DNA of 64,000 nucleotides from positions 375,707-439,706 of the forward strand of contig CBDDDG010000021.1 of the NCBI GenBank assembly GCA_965226555.1, read 5' to 3'. The notes beneath the pieces are model-generated. The model was not told the origin of the DNA and did no database searches. It worked only from the letters and a program-made list of their open reading frames with translations. Position 1 is the stretch's first letter; each line of letters opens with the position of its first letter. Source of the stretch: Salinispira sp. Its GTDB lineage: Bacteria; Spirochaetota; Spirochaetia; DSM-27196; Salinispiraceae. Shown piece after piece: positions 42,794 through 52,088 of this stretch. The position numbers and the translations under genes were made by a program.

Positions 42794-42864
42794 AGAGATG
42801 ATGCTATACTTCCAAGGCAAAACTTTATCAATGCAAAAAATTCTCATCAATCAAGGATAACTAT

Positions 42865-43860
42865 GTGAGTAGAGTAAAGAATTATGACAAGCAATTTCTC
42901 TGGGATTCTCTCAGAGAAATGCTTTTTGTCCGGCGTTTTGAAGAAAAGGCAGGTCAAATGTACGGGCTCCGAAAAATTGGAGGCTTCTGCCATTTGTATA
43001 ATGGTCAGGAGGCTGTTTCATCAGGATCAATACGCGCGCTTGATCTATCTAGGGACTATGTTCTCACCAGTTATCGCGACCATGCGCATGCCATAGTCTG
43101 CGGTATGGATCCGAAAAAAATTATGGCTGAGCTTTATGGAAAAGTTACCGGAGTGAGTAGGGGAAAGGGCGGCAGTATGCATATGTTCGACCTTGAACGT
43201 CACATGCTCGGGGGAAACGGCATTGTTGGAGGACAAATTCCCATAGCAACCGGCGTTGCCTTTGCTCAGGCATATTGGTGTAAAATGGGAAAGGTCAAAG
43301 ACAGGGGCGTAACCCTTTGTTATTTTGGCGATGGGGCAATTCATCAGGGCGCATTCCATGAAAGTCTTAACCTTGCAAAAATATGGGATTTGCCGGTACT
43401 TTTTCTCGTTGAGAACAATCGTTACGGAATGGGAACAGCTGTTGCCAGAGTTTCCGGAGTGGAGGATTTTAGTGTTAAGGCCGCTGGCTACGGAATTGAG
43501 GGGCGGGTTCTTAATGGCATGGATTTTCTGGAGATGTATGAGGGAATAAAGGAAATGGTCGGAATGAGCCGTAAGACCGGACAGCCTTTTCTTGTTGATG
43601 TGAAGACCTACCGATATCGGGGGCACTCAATGTCTGATCCTGCAAAATACCGCACGAAAAAAGAGCTTGAATCATTCAAATCTCAGGATCCCATCAATAA
43701 TCTTAAAAATGAAATGATTGAAGCAAAATTACTCACTGAAAAGGACTTTAAAGATATGGATACTAAAATTAAGGCAGAATGTGAAGAAGCGGTAGAGTTT
43801 GCTGAAAAAAGCCCCGAACCGCCACTTCAGAGTATGTATGAAGATATCTATGCGGACTAA
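42865..43860 (+). CDS. pdhA: pyruvate dehydrogenase E1 alpha
   Basis: GFCHLYNGQEA, GKGGSMH, FGDGA, YRYRGHSMSDP. Confidence 0.95.
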   Translation: MSRVKNYDKQFLWDSLREMLFVRRFEEKAGQMYGLRKIGGFCHLYNGQEAVSSGSIRALDLSRDYVLTSYRDHAHAIVCGMDPKKIMAELYGKVTGVSRGKGGSMHMFDLERHMLGGNGIVGGQIPIATGVAFAQAYWCKMGKVKDRGVTLCYFGDGAIHQGAFHESLNLAKIWDLPVLFLVENNRYGMGTAVARVSGVEDFSVKAAGYGIEGRVLNGMDFLEMYEGIKEMVGMSRKTGQPFLVDVKTYRYRGHSMSDPAKYRTKKELESFKSQDPINNLKNEMIEAKLLTEKDFKDMDTKIKAECEEAVEFAEKSPEPPLQSMYEDIYAD

Positions 43861-43874
43861 GGGGGCAGATAATT

Positions 43875-44870
43875 ATGATTTTAACAGTTAGAGATGCGTT
43901 GAGAGAAGCGCTCGATGAAGAAATGAACCGCGATGAGTCTGTTGTGCTCATGGGAGAAGAGGTTGCTGAATACAATGGAGCCTACAAGGTCAGTAAGGGA
44001 CTTCTGGACAAATACGGTCCGCACCGTGTTCTGGATACGCCAATTACCGAATTGGGTTTTACCGGTGTCGGAATTGGCGCCGCGCACATTGGTCTGCGCC
44101 CTGTTGTTGAATGGATGACCTTCAATTTCTCCCTTCTTGCGCTTGATCAGGTAGTAAACAATGCAGCAAAACTCCGCCACATGTCGGGTGGTCAACTTCA
44201 GGTTCCTGTCGTATTCAGGGGTCCGAACGGTCCGGCGGAATACCTCAGCTCGCAGCACAGTCAGAGCTTTGCTTCATATTATGCGCACATTCCCGGTCTC
44301 AAAGTGGTGGCAATTTCAACAGCCCATAATGCAAAGGGGCTCATGAAATCGGCAATTCGGGATAATAACCCCGTTGTTGTGCTTGAGGCGGAAATGATGT
44401 ACGGACTAAAGGGTGAGGTTCCTGAAGGTGAATATACTCTTCCTCTGAACAAGGCTGAAATTGCGAAAGAAGGAAAGGATATAACCCTCATTACATTTGG
44501 TAAACCGCGGCATATGGTAATGGATGCCGCTGCGGAATTAGGTAAACTGGGGGTTGAGGCGGAGGTTATTGATCTTATATCGCTTCGTCCCATTGATGAA
44601 GAAGCACTATATGCCTCGGTGCGTAAAACGAACCGGGCTGTTGTCATTGATGAGGCCTGGCCCATAGCTTCCGTGGGGAGTCATGTTGCGCATCTTATCA
44701 GTCTGAATTGTTTTGACGATCTCGATGCTCAGGTTGAGTTCATATCATCTGAAGATGTTCCGCTGCCGTATAACCATACCCTTGAACTTGAGGCGCAGCC
44801 TACGGTTGCAAAAATTGTCGATGCCGCAAAACGTGTGCTATATTTAAATGAGCGTACTGCAATAAAGTGA
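43875..44870 (+). CDS. pdhB: pyruvate dehydrogenase E1 beta
   Basis: GEEVAEYNGAYKV, DTPITE, FRGPNG, QHSQ. Confidence 0.95.
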   Translation: MILTVRDALREALDEEMNRDESVVLMGEEVAEYNGAYKVSKGLLDKYGPHRVLDTPITELGFTGVGIGAAHIGLRPVVEWMTFNFSLLALDQVVNNAAKLRHMSGGQLQVPVVFRGPNGPAEYLSSQHSQSFASYYAHIPGLKVVAISTAHNAKGLMKSAIRDNNPVVVLEAEMMYGLKGEVPEGEYTLPLNKAEIAKEGKDITLITFGKPRHMVMDAAAELGKLGVEAEVIDLISLRPIDEEALYASVRKTNRAVVIDEAWPIASVGSHVAHLISLNCFDDLDAQVEFISSEDVPLPYNHTLELEAQPTVAKIVDAAKRVLYLNERTAIK

Positions 44871-44877
44871 GGATACT

Positions 44878-46140
44878 ATGGCTGAAAAAATATTTATGAT
44901 TGCGCTCTCTCCGACAATGGAAGAGGGAACAATTTTAAAGTGGATGAAATTGGAAGGCGATGAAATTGATACCGGCGACATTATCTGTGAAGTTGAAACT
45001 GATAAGGCGAGCATGGAATATGAATCGGCTCAAGAAGGAACCCTTCTGAAAGTTCTCAAAAACGAAGGAACGAGCGCCCGAGTCGGTGAAACCATTGCCA
45101 TTCTGGGAGCAAAGGGTGAGGATATCAGCAGTGTGCTTGAAGAAGGAGAACAGCAGAGTACTGCCGGCGCGCCGGCAGCAGTGCCTACTCCTGAAAAAGC
45201 TCAGGTTCAACCCGTCACTGCAGCAGGTTCCTCATATTCCATTGAAGGAACGGCTTCGGGCGGCAGGTCGGCTGCTGAGGCTGCTGAAGGAACGGCTTCG
45301 GGCGGCAGAGTGGTATCGAGCCCACTGGCACGGAAGCTTGCCGAACAGCGGGGAATTGATATTGCTGCCGTTAGCGGTACCGGCCCCCGGGGCAGAATTG
45401 TGAAACGGGATATTGAAAATCACACATCTACTCCATCATCAGCAATGACAATGAGGTCTGAAGATATCACAATTCCTGTAAGCGGGAAGCGCGCTGTTAT
45501 TGCCCGCCGACTGTCTGAAAGTAAATTTACTGCGCCGCATTACTATGTGAAGAATACTGTTGCTATGGATAATCTCATATCGGCGCGCACCATGCTGAAC
45601 AAAGAAACCCCTGAAAAAGTAAGTTTCAATGCATTCATACTCAAATTTGCTGCGGAAGCAATAAAACGATATCCTGAAATAAACTCAAGCTGGCAGGGAG
45701 ATAGTATTTTACAGTTCGGCAGTATTGATATCGGACTTGCTGTTGATCTTGGAAGCGGTCTGATCACACCTATTGTTCGAAATGTCGGCAATAAGGGAAT
45801 TGAACACATTGATGAAGAACTCAAACACCTCATACAAAAGGTACGGGAAAATTCCCTCAAACCTGAGGAATACAGCGGAGCGACCTTTACCATATCGAAC
45901 CTCGGTTCCTTTGGTGTTGATGAATTCACAGCCATTATCAATCCGCCGGGAAGCGCAATACTTGCGCTTGGAAGGGTAAACACCGTGCCGGTTTATGATG
46001 AAAATCTTAACCTGAAACCATGCCGACAGATGCGTATTACTCTGAGCTGCGATCATCGTGTTATTGATGGCGCCCTTGCCGGCCGATTCATCTCCGAACT
46101 GCAGCGCATGATTGAGGCTCCGGTACGGGTGTTGTTCTGA
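44878..46140 (+). CDS. pdhC: dihydrolipoamide acetyltransferase E2
   Basis: Lipoyl EVETDKA, GTGPRGRI, DHRVIDGA. Confidence 0.95.
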   Translation: MAEKIFMIALSPTMEEGTILKWMKLEGDEIDTGDIICEVETDKASMEYESAQEGTLLKVLKNEGTSARVGETIAILGAKGEDISSVLEEGEQQSTAGAPAAVPTPEKAQVQPVTAAGSSYSIEGTASGGRSAAEAAEGTASGGRVVSSPLARKLAEQRGIDIAAVSGTGPRGRIVKRDIENHTSTPSSAMTMRSEDITIPVSGKRAVIARRLSESKFTAPHYYVKNTVAMDNLISARTMLNKETPEKVSFNAFILKFAAEAIKRYPEINSSWQGDSILQFGSIDIGLAVDLGSGLITPIVRNVGNKGIEHIDEELKHLIQKVRENSLKPEEYSGATFTISNLGSFGVDEFTAIINPPGSAILALGRVNTVPVYDENLNLKPCRQMRITLSCDHRVIDGALAGRFISELQRMIEAPVRVLF

Positions 46141-46228
46141 CAATAAGGAAAAATTCTAATGATATTTGCTTTTCCTGTTTATTCAGGAAGCGGCACAGTT
46201 TATCAGTTATGTAACAGGAGATATGCTA

Positions 46229-47632
46229 ATGGTAGAAAAAAAATGTGATCTTGCAATAATTGGCGCCGGTCCGGGAGGATATGTTGCCGCAATTCGGGCA
46301 CATCAGCTTGGACTTACTGTTCTTGTCATCGAAAAAGACAAGGCTGGCGGAGTATGCGGAAATTGGGGTTGTATTCCTTCCAAAACACTTCTGAATCAGG
46401 CAACGATGTTCAGTAACATTCCGACCCTTGAAAAGATGGGACTCAAAATTGACACCTCTGGTTTTGCCTATTCCACGGTACAGGCAGTTTCCCGAAAAGC
46501 CGCAACAAAGAGCGGGAAGGGAGTGGAATATCTCCTGAAAAAAAATTCTATTGAACTCATCAAGGGATCGGCAGCGATTACTGCTCCCGGAGAATTGCTC
46601 ATTTCAGGAGGAGCCGATGGCGATCGTAAGGTTCGGGCAAAATCTATTCTCATTGCTGCCGGCTCGCGTCCGAGAGAATTGGCAGGTTTTGAATTTGATG
46701 AACAAAATGTGCTGAGTTCTACCGGTATTCTTTCACTCAAAGAACTGCCCTCAAACCTTATAATCCTCGGCGCGGGAGCAATTGGTATGGAGTTTGCCTA
46801 CCTGATGAACGCCTTTGGAGTGCAGGTTACGATAGTCGAAATGATGGACCATCTTCTGCCGCTGGAAGACAATGATGTCAGTAAAATTGTCGAGGATGAA
46901 TTCAAAAAACAGGGGATACACTTTTTCACCGGTGTAAAGGCCGATAATTTGCAGCGAACTAAGAGCGGAATAAGCATCACGCTGAGCTCTCAGGACGGGA
47001 AAAGCGAAACGATCACTGCCGATAAAATTCTGGTTGCCGTTGGACGGACGGCAAACACTGAGGGACTCGGGCTTGAAAACATTGGAATTCGTACCGAGAA
47101 GGGTTTCATAAAAGTTGGCGATTATTATCAAACAGATATCCCGGGACACTATGCGATTGGTGATATTATTGCCACACCGCTTCTGGCCCACCTGGCCAGT
47201 AAAGAAGGAGAAACAGCCGTTGAGCACATTGCCGGACATTTTCCCGAACCGCAGGTTAATCTGCATGAAAATCCTTCCGCAGTGTATACAGAACCCGGCA
47301 TTGGCTCCTTTGGCCTCACCGAAGAACAGGCAAAGACCAATAATCTCAATTACGGAAAATATATTTTTCCCTATAGCGGTATTGGAAAGGCAAATGCCAT
47401 TGAAAAGACCGAAGGGCTTATAAAGATCATATTTGATAACAGTACGCATGAAATTATTGGAGCGCATATCGTTGGCTATTGCGCTACTGAATTGATTCAT
47501 GAACTTCTTCTTGCAAAGAAAGCCGAACTGTTGCCTGAGGATGTGGCAGAAATGATTCATGCTCATCCAACAATTAGCGAAGGTATAATGGAAGCTGCCC
47601 GAGGAGTTGAAGGCTGGGCTATTCACATATAG
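46229..47632 (+). CDS. lpdA: dihydrolipoyl dehydrogenase E3
   Basis: GAGPGGYVAA, GGVCGNWGCIPSK, HAHPTISE. Confidence 0.95.
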   Translation: MVEKKCDLAIIGAGPGGYVAAIRAHQLGLTVLVIEKDKAGGVCGNWGCIPSKTLLNQATMFSNIPTLEKMGLKIDTSGFAYSTVQAVSRKAATKSGKGVEYLLKKNSIELIKGSAAITAPGELLISGGADGDRKVRAKSILIAAGSRPRELAGFEFDEQNVLSSTGILSLKELPSNLIILGAGAIGMEFAYLMNAFGVQVTIVEMMDHLLPLEDNDVSKIVEDEFKKQGIHFFTGVKADNLQRTKSGISITLSSQDGKSETITADKILVAVGRTANTEGLGLENIGIRTEKGFIKVGDYYQTDIPGHYAIGDIIATPLLAHLASKEGETAVEHIAGHFPEPQVNLHENPSAVYTEPGIGSFGLTEEQAKTNNLNYGKYIFPYSGIGKANAIEKTEGLIKIIFDNSTHEIIGAHIVGYCATELIHELLLAKKAELLPEDVAEMIHAHPTISEGIMEAARGVEGWAIHI

Positions 47633-48525
47633 AAAATTGCGCTCCGCAAAATTTTTCATATCCACTTCAGAACATCCACAAAAAACTCTTCTTTCGAGGC
47701 AGCAGGACCTACTATAATGCGGTACGGTTTTTTCCTCCTCAAATACGTAAGCGGGTAACTTTTCTCTATGCCTTTGTCCGTCAACTCGACAATATTGTTG
47801 ACACAACCCAACAAGACAGAGAAGCCTTTGAAATGTATTGCGCAGACTATAAGGACTTTTATCGGAAAGCAGTCCGCGGCGCTGTTTCTTGGGATGATGC
47901 CGATCCTGTTCTTGCTGGTTTTGTCTGGCTGCATCTTGAGTGTTCATTTGATCCTTCATGGGTAGAAGCCTTCTTTTACAGCATGAGTCTTGACCTTGAT
48001 AAGAAAAATTATAACACTCTTGAAGAGACTATTGAGTATATGTACGGTTCAGCTGAGGTCATCGGCCTGTTCATGGCGAAGATTATGAACCTCCCTGATG
48101 CTGCTCTTTCTGGAGCAAGAATGCTTGGACGATCCATGCAGTATATAAATTTTATCAGAGACATTAAGGAAGATAATACATTTGGCAGACGGTATATTCC
48201 GCTTTCAGATGCACCGTTCAAAAATCTTCAGGAAGAGGAAACACGTAAATATCCCGATGATTTTGAAAAATTCATTCGCCGGGAACTTCGGCGATTCCTT
48301 GAGTGGCAAGAAGAGGCTAACGCTTCGTTCATGTATCTTCCGCGAAGGTTCAGAGTAGCAGTTGGCACTGCTTCCGATATGTATCTGTGGACAGCCGAAC
48401 AGCTATACCGCAATCCCTGGCGGGTTTATCGGGGGAGCCTGAAACCCTCTAAGAGTCACATTATCCTGCGCGCTATTGTGAACAGTTTTACCGGCGCCGC
48501 TCCGCATCGAACTCGCTACACCTGA
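47614..48525 (+). CDS. crtB: phytoene/squalene synthase family protein (start uncertain, non-ATG)
   Basis: Frame open from 47611 with GSRTYY..LYAFVRQLDNIVD upstream of the tracked ATG; YMYGSAEVIG, QYINFIRDIKED..GRRYIP. Confidence 0.85.
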   Translation: MGYSHIENCAPQNFSYPLQNIHKKLFFRGSRTYYNAVRFFPPQIRKRVTFLYAFVRQLDNIVDTTQQDREAFEMYCADYKDFYRKAVRGAVSWDDADPVLAGFVWLHLECSFDPSWVEAFFYSMSLDLDKKNYNTLEETIEYMYGSAEVIGLFMAKIMNLPDAALSGARMLGRSMQYINFIRDIKEDNTFGRRYIPLSDAPFKNLQEEETRKYPDDFEKFIRRELRRFLEWQEEANASFMYLPRRFRVAVGTASDMYLWTAEQLYRNPWRVYRGSLKPSKSHIILRAIVNSFTGAAPHRTRYT

Positions 48526-48539
48526 GTCGGGAAACACGC

Positions 48540-50057
48540 ATGGACAAGAGCGTAGTAATTATTGGAGCCGGCATTGGAGGCCTTGCGGCAGCATTGTACT
48601 GCGCAGCTTCAGGTTGTACGGTCGATGTGTTCGACAAGCGTGAACAGGCGGGAGGAAAGGCCTATTCCTTCAATCTTGGGAATTACCGTTTCGATGCCGG
48701 ACCAAGTCTCCTGACACTTGCCGGATATTTTAGTGATATCTTCGCGTATAGCGCTGCAGATTTTACCGACTATATTACTCTCAAACCGCTTAATCCTATT
48801 ACACATTATTTCTTCAGCGACGGCAGCCAATTATACAGCCGTCCGCTTCCGTATTTCCTCAATGAAATTGAAAATTTTGCGCCTTCCGACAGAGTAGGGA
48901 TGGAGCGTTATTTTCAACATTCCCGGGTAATGTATGAAATAAGTGATGGTATGTTCCTCAGAAATCCTATTACTCATTGGAAAGACGGAGGAATTTTTCA
49001 GAGCGTCCGTAATCTTTCCCTTCTGGGAAGTATGGATATTTTCCGTACAATGAACCAGGCAAGCAGCAGTTTTGTACAAGATTGGCGTTTGAGGCAGTTT
49101 CTGAACCGTTTTGCAACATATAATGGTTCAGATCCCTTCAGAGCGCCTGCCGCATTACATGCCATCGCCTGGGTTGAGCATGGACTTCCTGTGTATGTGC
49201 CTGAAGGCGGTATTGTTGAAATTCCGCGCGCGCTTGAGAAGCGCTGTATTGAGCTTGGAGTAAATTTTCATTATTCTCATGAGCTCACGGAACTGCAGCC
49301 CCATGGCATGCAGCAGCGGGGCAGCGCATGGAAGCTCCTTTTCAGGGGAGGGAGTTCTTTTTCGGCAACACATATCATTTCGGACATTGATATTCGAATC
49401 TGGTATACACACATTATGAAAAAAATGGCGGGCGGGGCATTTCAAAATAAAATCAATACACATTTTCGTGGAGAACAAAGCAGTTCCGCAATCGTTTTTT
49501 TCTGGGGTATCAACGCCGCCTTTTCTGAACTCAACCTTCATAACGTATTTTTCTCATCAAATTATGAAAAAGAATTTCATGAAATACACAAAGAACATAT
49601 TTTCCCAGGTGATCCGACCATTTATGTACACATTACTTCAAAAAATTGCAGTACCGATGCCCCTCCTGAAAGAGAAAACTGGTTTGTAATGATAAATGCT
49701 CCCAGCATCCGGAAAGATTCACGAGCAAACATTGAACTACTTCGCCGAACAGTGCTCAGAAAGCTTAGCGGGCATCTGGGCAGAAATATCGAAGCGCTTA
49801 TTGAGGAAGAACGTATACTCAGTCCTGAGCTCATCGAAGAAGAGACAGGAAGTTATCGCGGGAGTCTATATGGTATGAGTTCAAATAGTATTTTGTCTGC
49901 GTTCAGGCGCCACCCAAATACTTCACCATACTTTACCGGCATATACCACTGCGGAGGGAGTGTTCACCCCGGGGGAGGAATGCCGCTTGCCCTCAGTTCT
50001 GGTATAATTGCCGCGAAAAGTTTCCTAAAGAATAATGGAGGAAAATGTCTTACATGA
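48540..50057 (+). CDS. phytoene desaturase family carotenoid oxidoreductase (CrtI/CrtD-like)
   Basis: GAGIGG, FDAGPSLL, GSLYG, CGGSVHPGGGMP. Confidence 0.9.
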   Translation: MDKSVVIIGAGIGGLAAALYCAASGCTVDVFDKREQAGGKAYSFNLGNYRFDAGPSLLTLAGYFSDIFAYSAADFTDYITLKPLNPITHYFFSDGSQLYSRPLPYFLNEIENFAPSDRVGMERYFQHSRVMYEISDGMFLRNPITHWKDGGIFQSVRNLSLLGSMDIFRTMNQASSSFVQDWRLRQFLNRFATYNGSDPFRAPAALHAIAWVEHGLPVYVPEGGIVEIPRALEKRCIELGVNFHYSHELTELQPHGMQQRGSAWKLLFRGGSSFSATHIISDIDIRIWYTHIMKKMAGGAFQNKINTHFRGEQSSSAIVFFWGINAAFSELNLHNVFFSSNYEKEFHEIHKEHIFPGDPTIYVHITSKNCSTDAPPERENWFVMINAPSIRKDSRANIELLRRTVLRKLSGHLGRNIEALIEEERILSPELIEEETGSYRGSLYGMSSNSILSAFRRHPNTSPYFTGIYHCGGSVHPGGGMPLALSSGIIAAKSFLKNNGGKCLT

Positions 50058-50773
50058 AATTTTCAATAGCACTGCTGGTCATACTGATCATCCTCTATAC
50101 TGTTGGAGTCTTCGGACATCTGTATCAGCCAACCTACGATCTCATGCTTGCGCTTACACCGCTGTTTTTGATACTCGCTGCTGGTTTTGTTATTCTTCAG
50201 ATACTCTTTTCACATCTTCGAACAGTACATGAGAAGCGGCACATTATATTCTGGTTCTTTCTCTGTTATGTTATTGCCTGGCTTCTTGAATACGCAGGGG
50301 TAGAAACAGGCGCTGTTTTCGGAGAATATTCATATGGAACAACTCTGGGGCCGAAGTTACTTGGCGTGCCGCTTGTCATCGGTCTCAACTGGTGTATTAT
50401 TGTTTTTGCTGCCATTGAGACTCTGCGGGTACTACGGCTAAGTTTGTTTTTACGACTCCTCATTACACCGCTCTGGATAGTACTCTTTGACCTTGTGCTG
50501 GAACCATTCGCCATGGGAAAAGCGAATTATTGGACCTGGGCTAATAATCAGGTTCCCCTTCAGAACTATCTGATGTGGGGAGGTGTTGCCTTTGTTTTCA
50601 GTATTTTTTATATCTGGATGGTACCGGAATCAGGCTCTGTCGGCAGAAAGAATACATCAGATCACAATGCCCGTGGATCTGCTGTTCCTGTTTTTTGCGA
50701 TAAATATTTTCCGGGTCTTGTAGGAATTCTTCAGTTTGTATTTATTTTTCTCCTCAGATTTTTTCTTAATTAA
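50045..50773 (+). CDS. carotenoid biosynthesis membrane protein (CruF-like hydratase)
   Basis: EYAGVETG.VFGEYSYG..LG, GVPL.IGLNW, DLVLEP, VPLQNY. Confidence 0.85.
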   Translation: MSYMKFSIALLVILIILYTVGVFGHLYQPTYDLMLALTPLFLILAAGFVILQILFSHLRTVHEKRHIIFWFFLCYVIAWLLEYAGVETGAVFGEYSYGTTLGPKLLGVPLVIGLNWCIIVFAAIETLRVLRLSLFLRLLITPLWIVLFDLVLEPFAMGKANYWTWANNQVPLQNYLMWGGVAFVFSIFYIWMVPESGSVGRKNTSDHNARGSAVPVFCDKYFPGLVGILQFVFIFLLRFFLN

Positions 50774-50784
50774 AATTATTGAAA

Positions 50785-50840
50785 GAAACTTTTGCTACTG
50801 GAAATTGTGCTTGCACAATTTTCCAATGCAAAACTTTGTC
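50785..50840. repeat. nested A+B palindromic element
   Basis: GAAACTTTTGCTACTGGAAATTGTGCTTGCACAATTTTCCAATGCAAAACTTTG upstream of trpS. Confidence 0.85.
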
Positions 50841-50872
50841 ACTGAAACTTTATATTTTGTGAAGGAAGTATT

Positions 50873-51916
50873 ATGAAAAGGCTTTTAACTGGTGATCGAC
50901 CAACAGGAAAACTACACCTTGGTCATTATATTGGTTCAATCAGAAATAGAGTGCGGTTTCAGAATGAATATGAATCGTTCATTTTTGTTGCCGATCTCCA
51001 TATGCTGACAACCCGGCCAAGCCGAGATAGCATCATGGAAATTGGTGAACACAGTAGAGACATTGTTCTGGATTATCTGGCCTGCGGCATTAATCCTGAA
51101 AAAGTGTGTATCTATCTTCAATCGGCCATTCATGAAGTATATGAACTCAATCTTCTTCTCGGAATGTTGGTAACCGTTCCCCGGCTCGAGCGGCTTCCAA
51201 GCCTCAAGGATATGCTTCGCGATGCCCACATGGAAGAAATGTCATTCGGGCTCCTCGGATATCCGGTTCTTCAAAGCGCTGACATTCTCCTTCCGAGGGC
51301 GCATGTAGTACCGGTTGGAAAGGATAACGAGGCTCATGTTGAAATTGCGCGTGAAATTGCCCGGCGCTTTAATTATCATTACGGTGAAGTATTTCCCGAA
51401 CCCGAACCCATAATTCAGGGAGGCACACTCATTGGAACTGATGGAAAGGCAAAAATGTCCAAGAGTCTGGGAAATGCTATTTTACTTTCTGATGATGCAA
51501 AAACCACAGCGAAGAAAGTACACGGTATGTATACCGACCCCCAACGCACCAGAGCCGACATTCCCGGAAAAGTTGAGGGGAATCCGGTGTTTATATATCA
51601 TGAAACATTTAATGAAAATGCGGATGAAGTTGAGGATCTAAAAAGCCGATATCGAGAAGGAAAAGTGGGAGATGTGGAAGTAAAGCAAAAATTGGCGAGA
51701 GCGATCAATTGCTTTATGGAACCGATCCGCGAACGTCGGGAATGTTTTGCATCAAAAAACGGTTTTGTTGATGAACTCATGTATTCCGGGAGTATAAAAA
51801 TGCGCGAAGTGGCTCAAAGCACAATTATCGAAGTAAAAAAGGCCATGGGTTTGACCGGAGTATGGAACCGTATAAGCAGAAAAGCTGAAAAATACCGTAA
51901 CAAAGTTTCGCATTAA
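50873..51916 (+). CDS. trpS: tryptophan--tRNA ligase
   Basis: TGDRPTGKLHLGH, GYPVLQSADI, VPVGKD, KMSKS. Confidence 0.97.
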   Translation: MKRLLTGDRPTGKLHLGHYIGSIRNRVRFQNEYESFIFVADLHMLTTRPSRDSIMEIGEHSRDIVLDYLACGINPEKVCIYLQSAIHEVYELNLLLGMLVTVPRLERLPSLKDMLRDAHMEEMSFGLLGYPVLQSADILLPRAHVVPVGKDNEAHVEIAREIARRFNYHYGEVFPEPEPIIQGGTLIGTDGKAKMSKSLGNAILLSDDAKTTAKKVHGMYTDPQRTRADIPGKVEGNPVFIYHETFNENADEVEDLKSRYREGKVGDVEVKQKLARAINCFMEPIRERRECFASKNGFVDELMYSGSIKMREVAQSTIIEVKKAMGLTGVWNRISRKAEKYRNKVSH

Positions 51917-51927
51917 TAAACTTTTGC

Positions 51928-51956
51928 TTGACGCACAGTTTCTCAACTGTTACTAT
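51928..51956 (+). promoter_or_regulatory. sigma70-type promoter of the lipoprotein gene
   Basis: TTGACG-17 nt-TACTAT. Confidence 0.6.
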
Positions 51957-52088
51957 ACCAAAGTTTTGCTACTGGAAATTGTGCTTGCACAATTTTCCAA
52001 ACAACAATCTCGGAAACAATGGTGAAAGCCGTAAGAATTTTTCCAATGCAAAACTTTGTCATAGTACCTTAGAAGGAGGTAACATACT

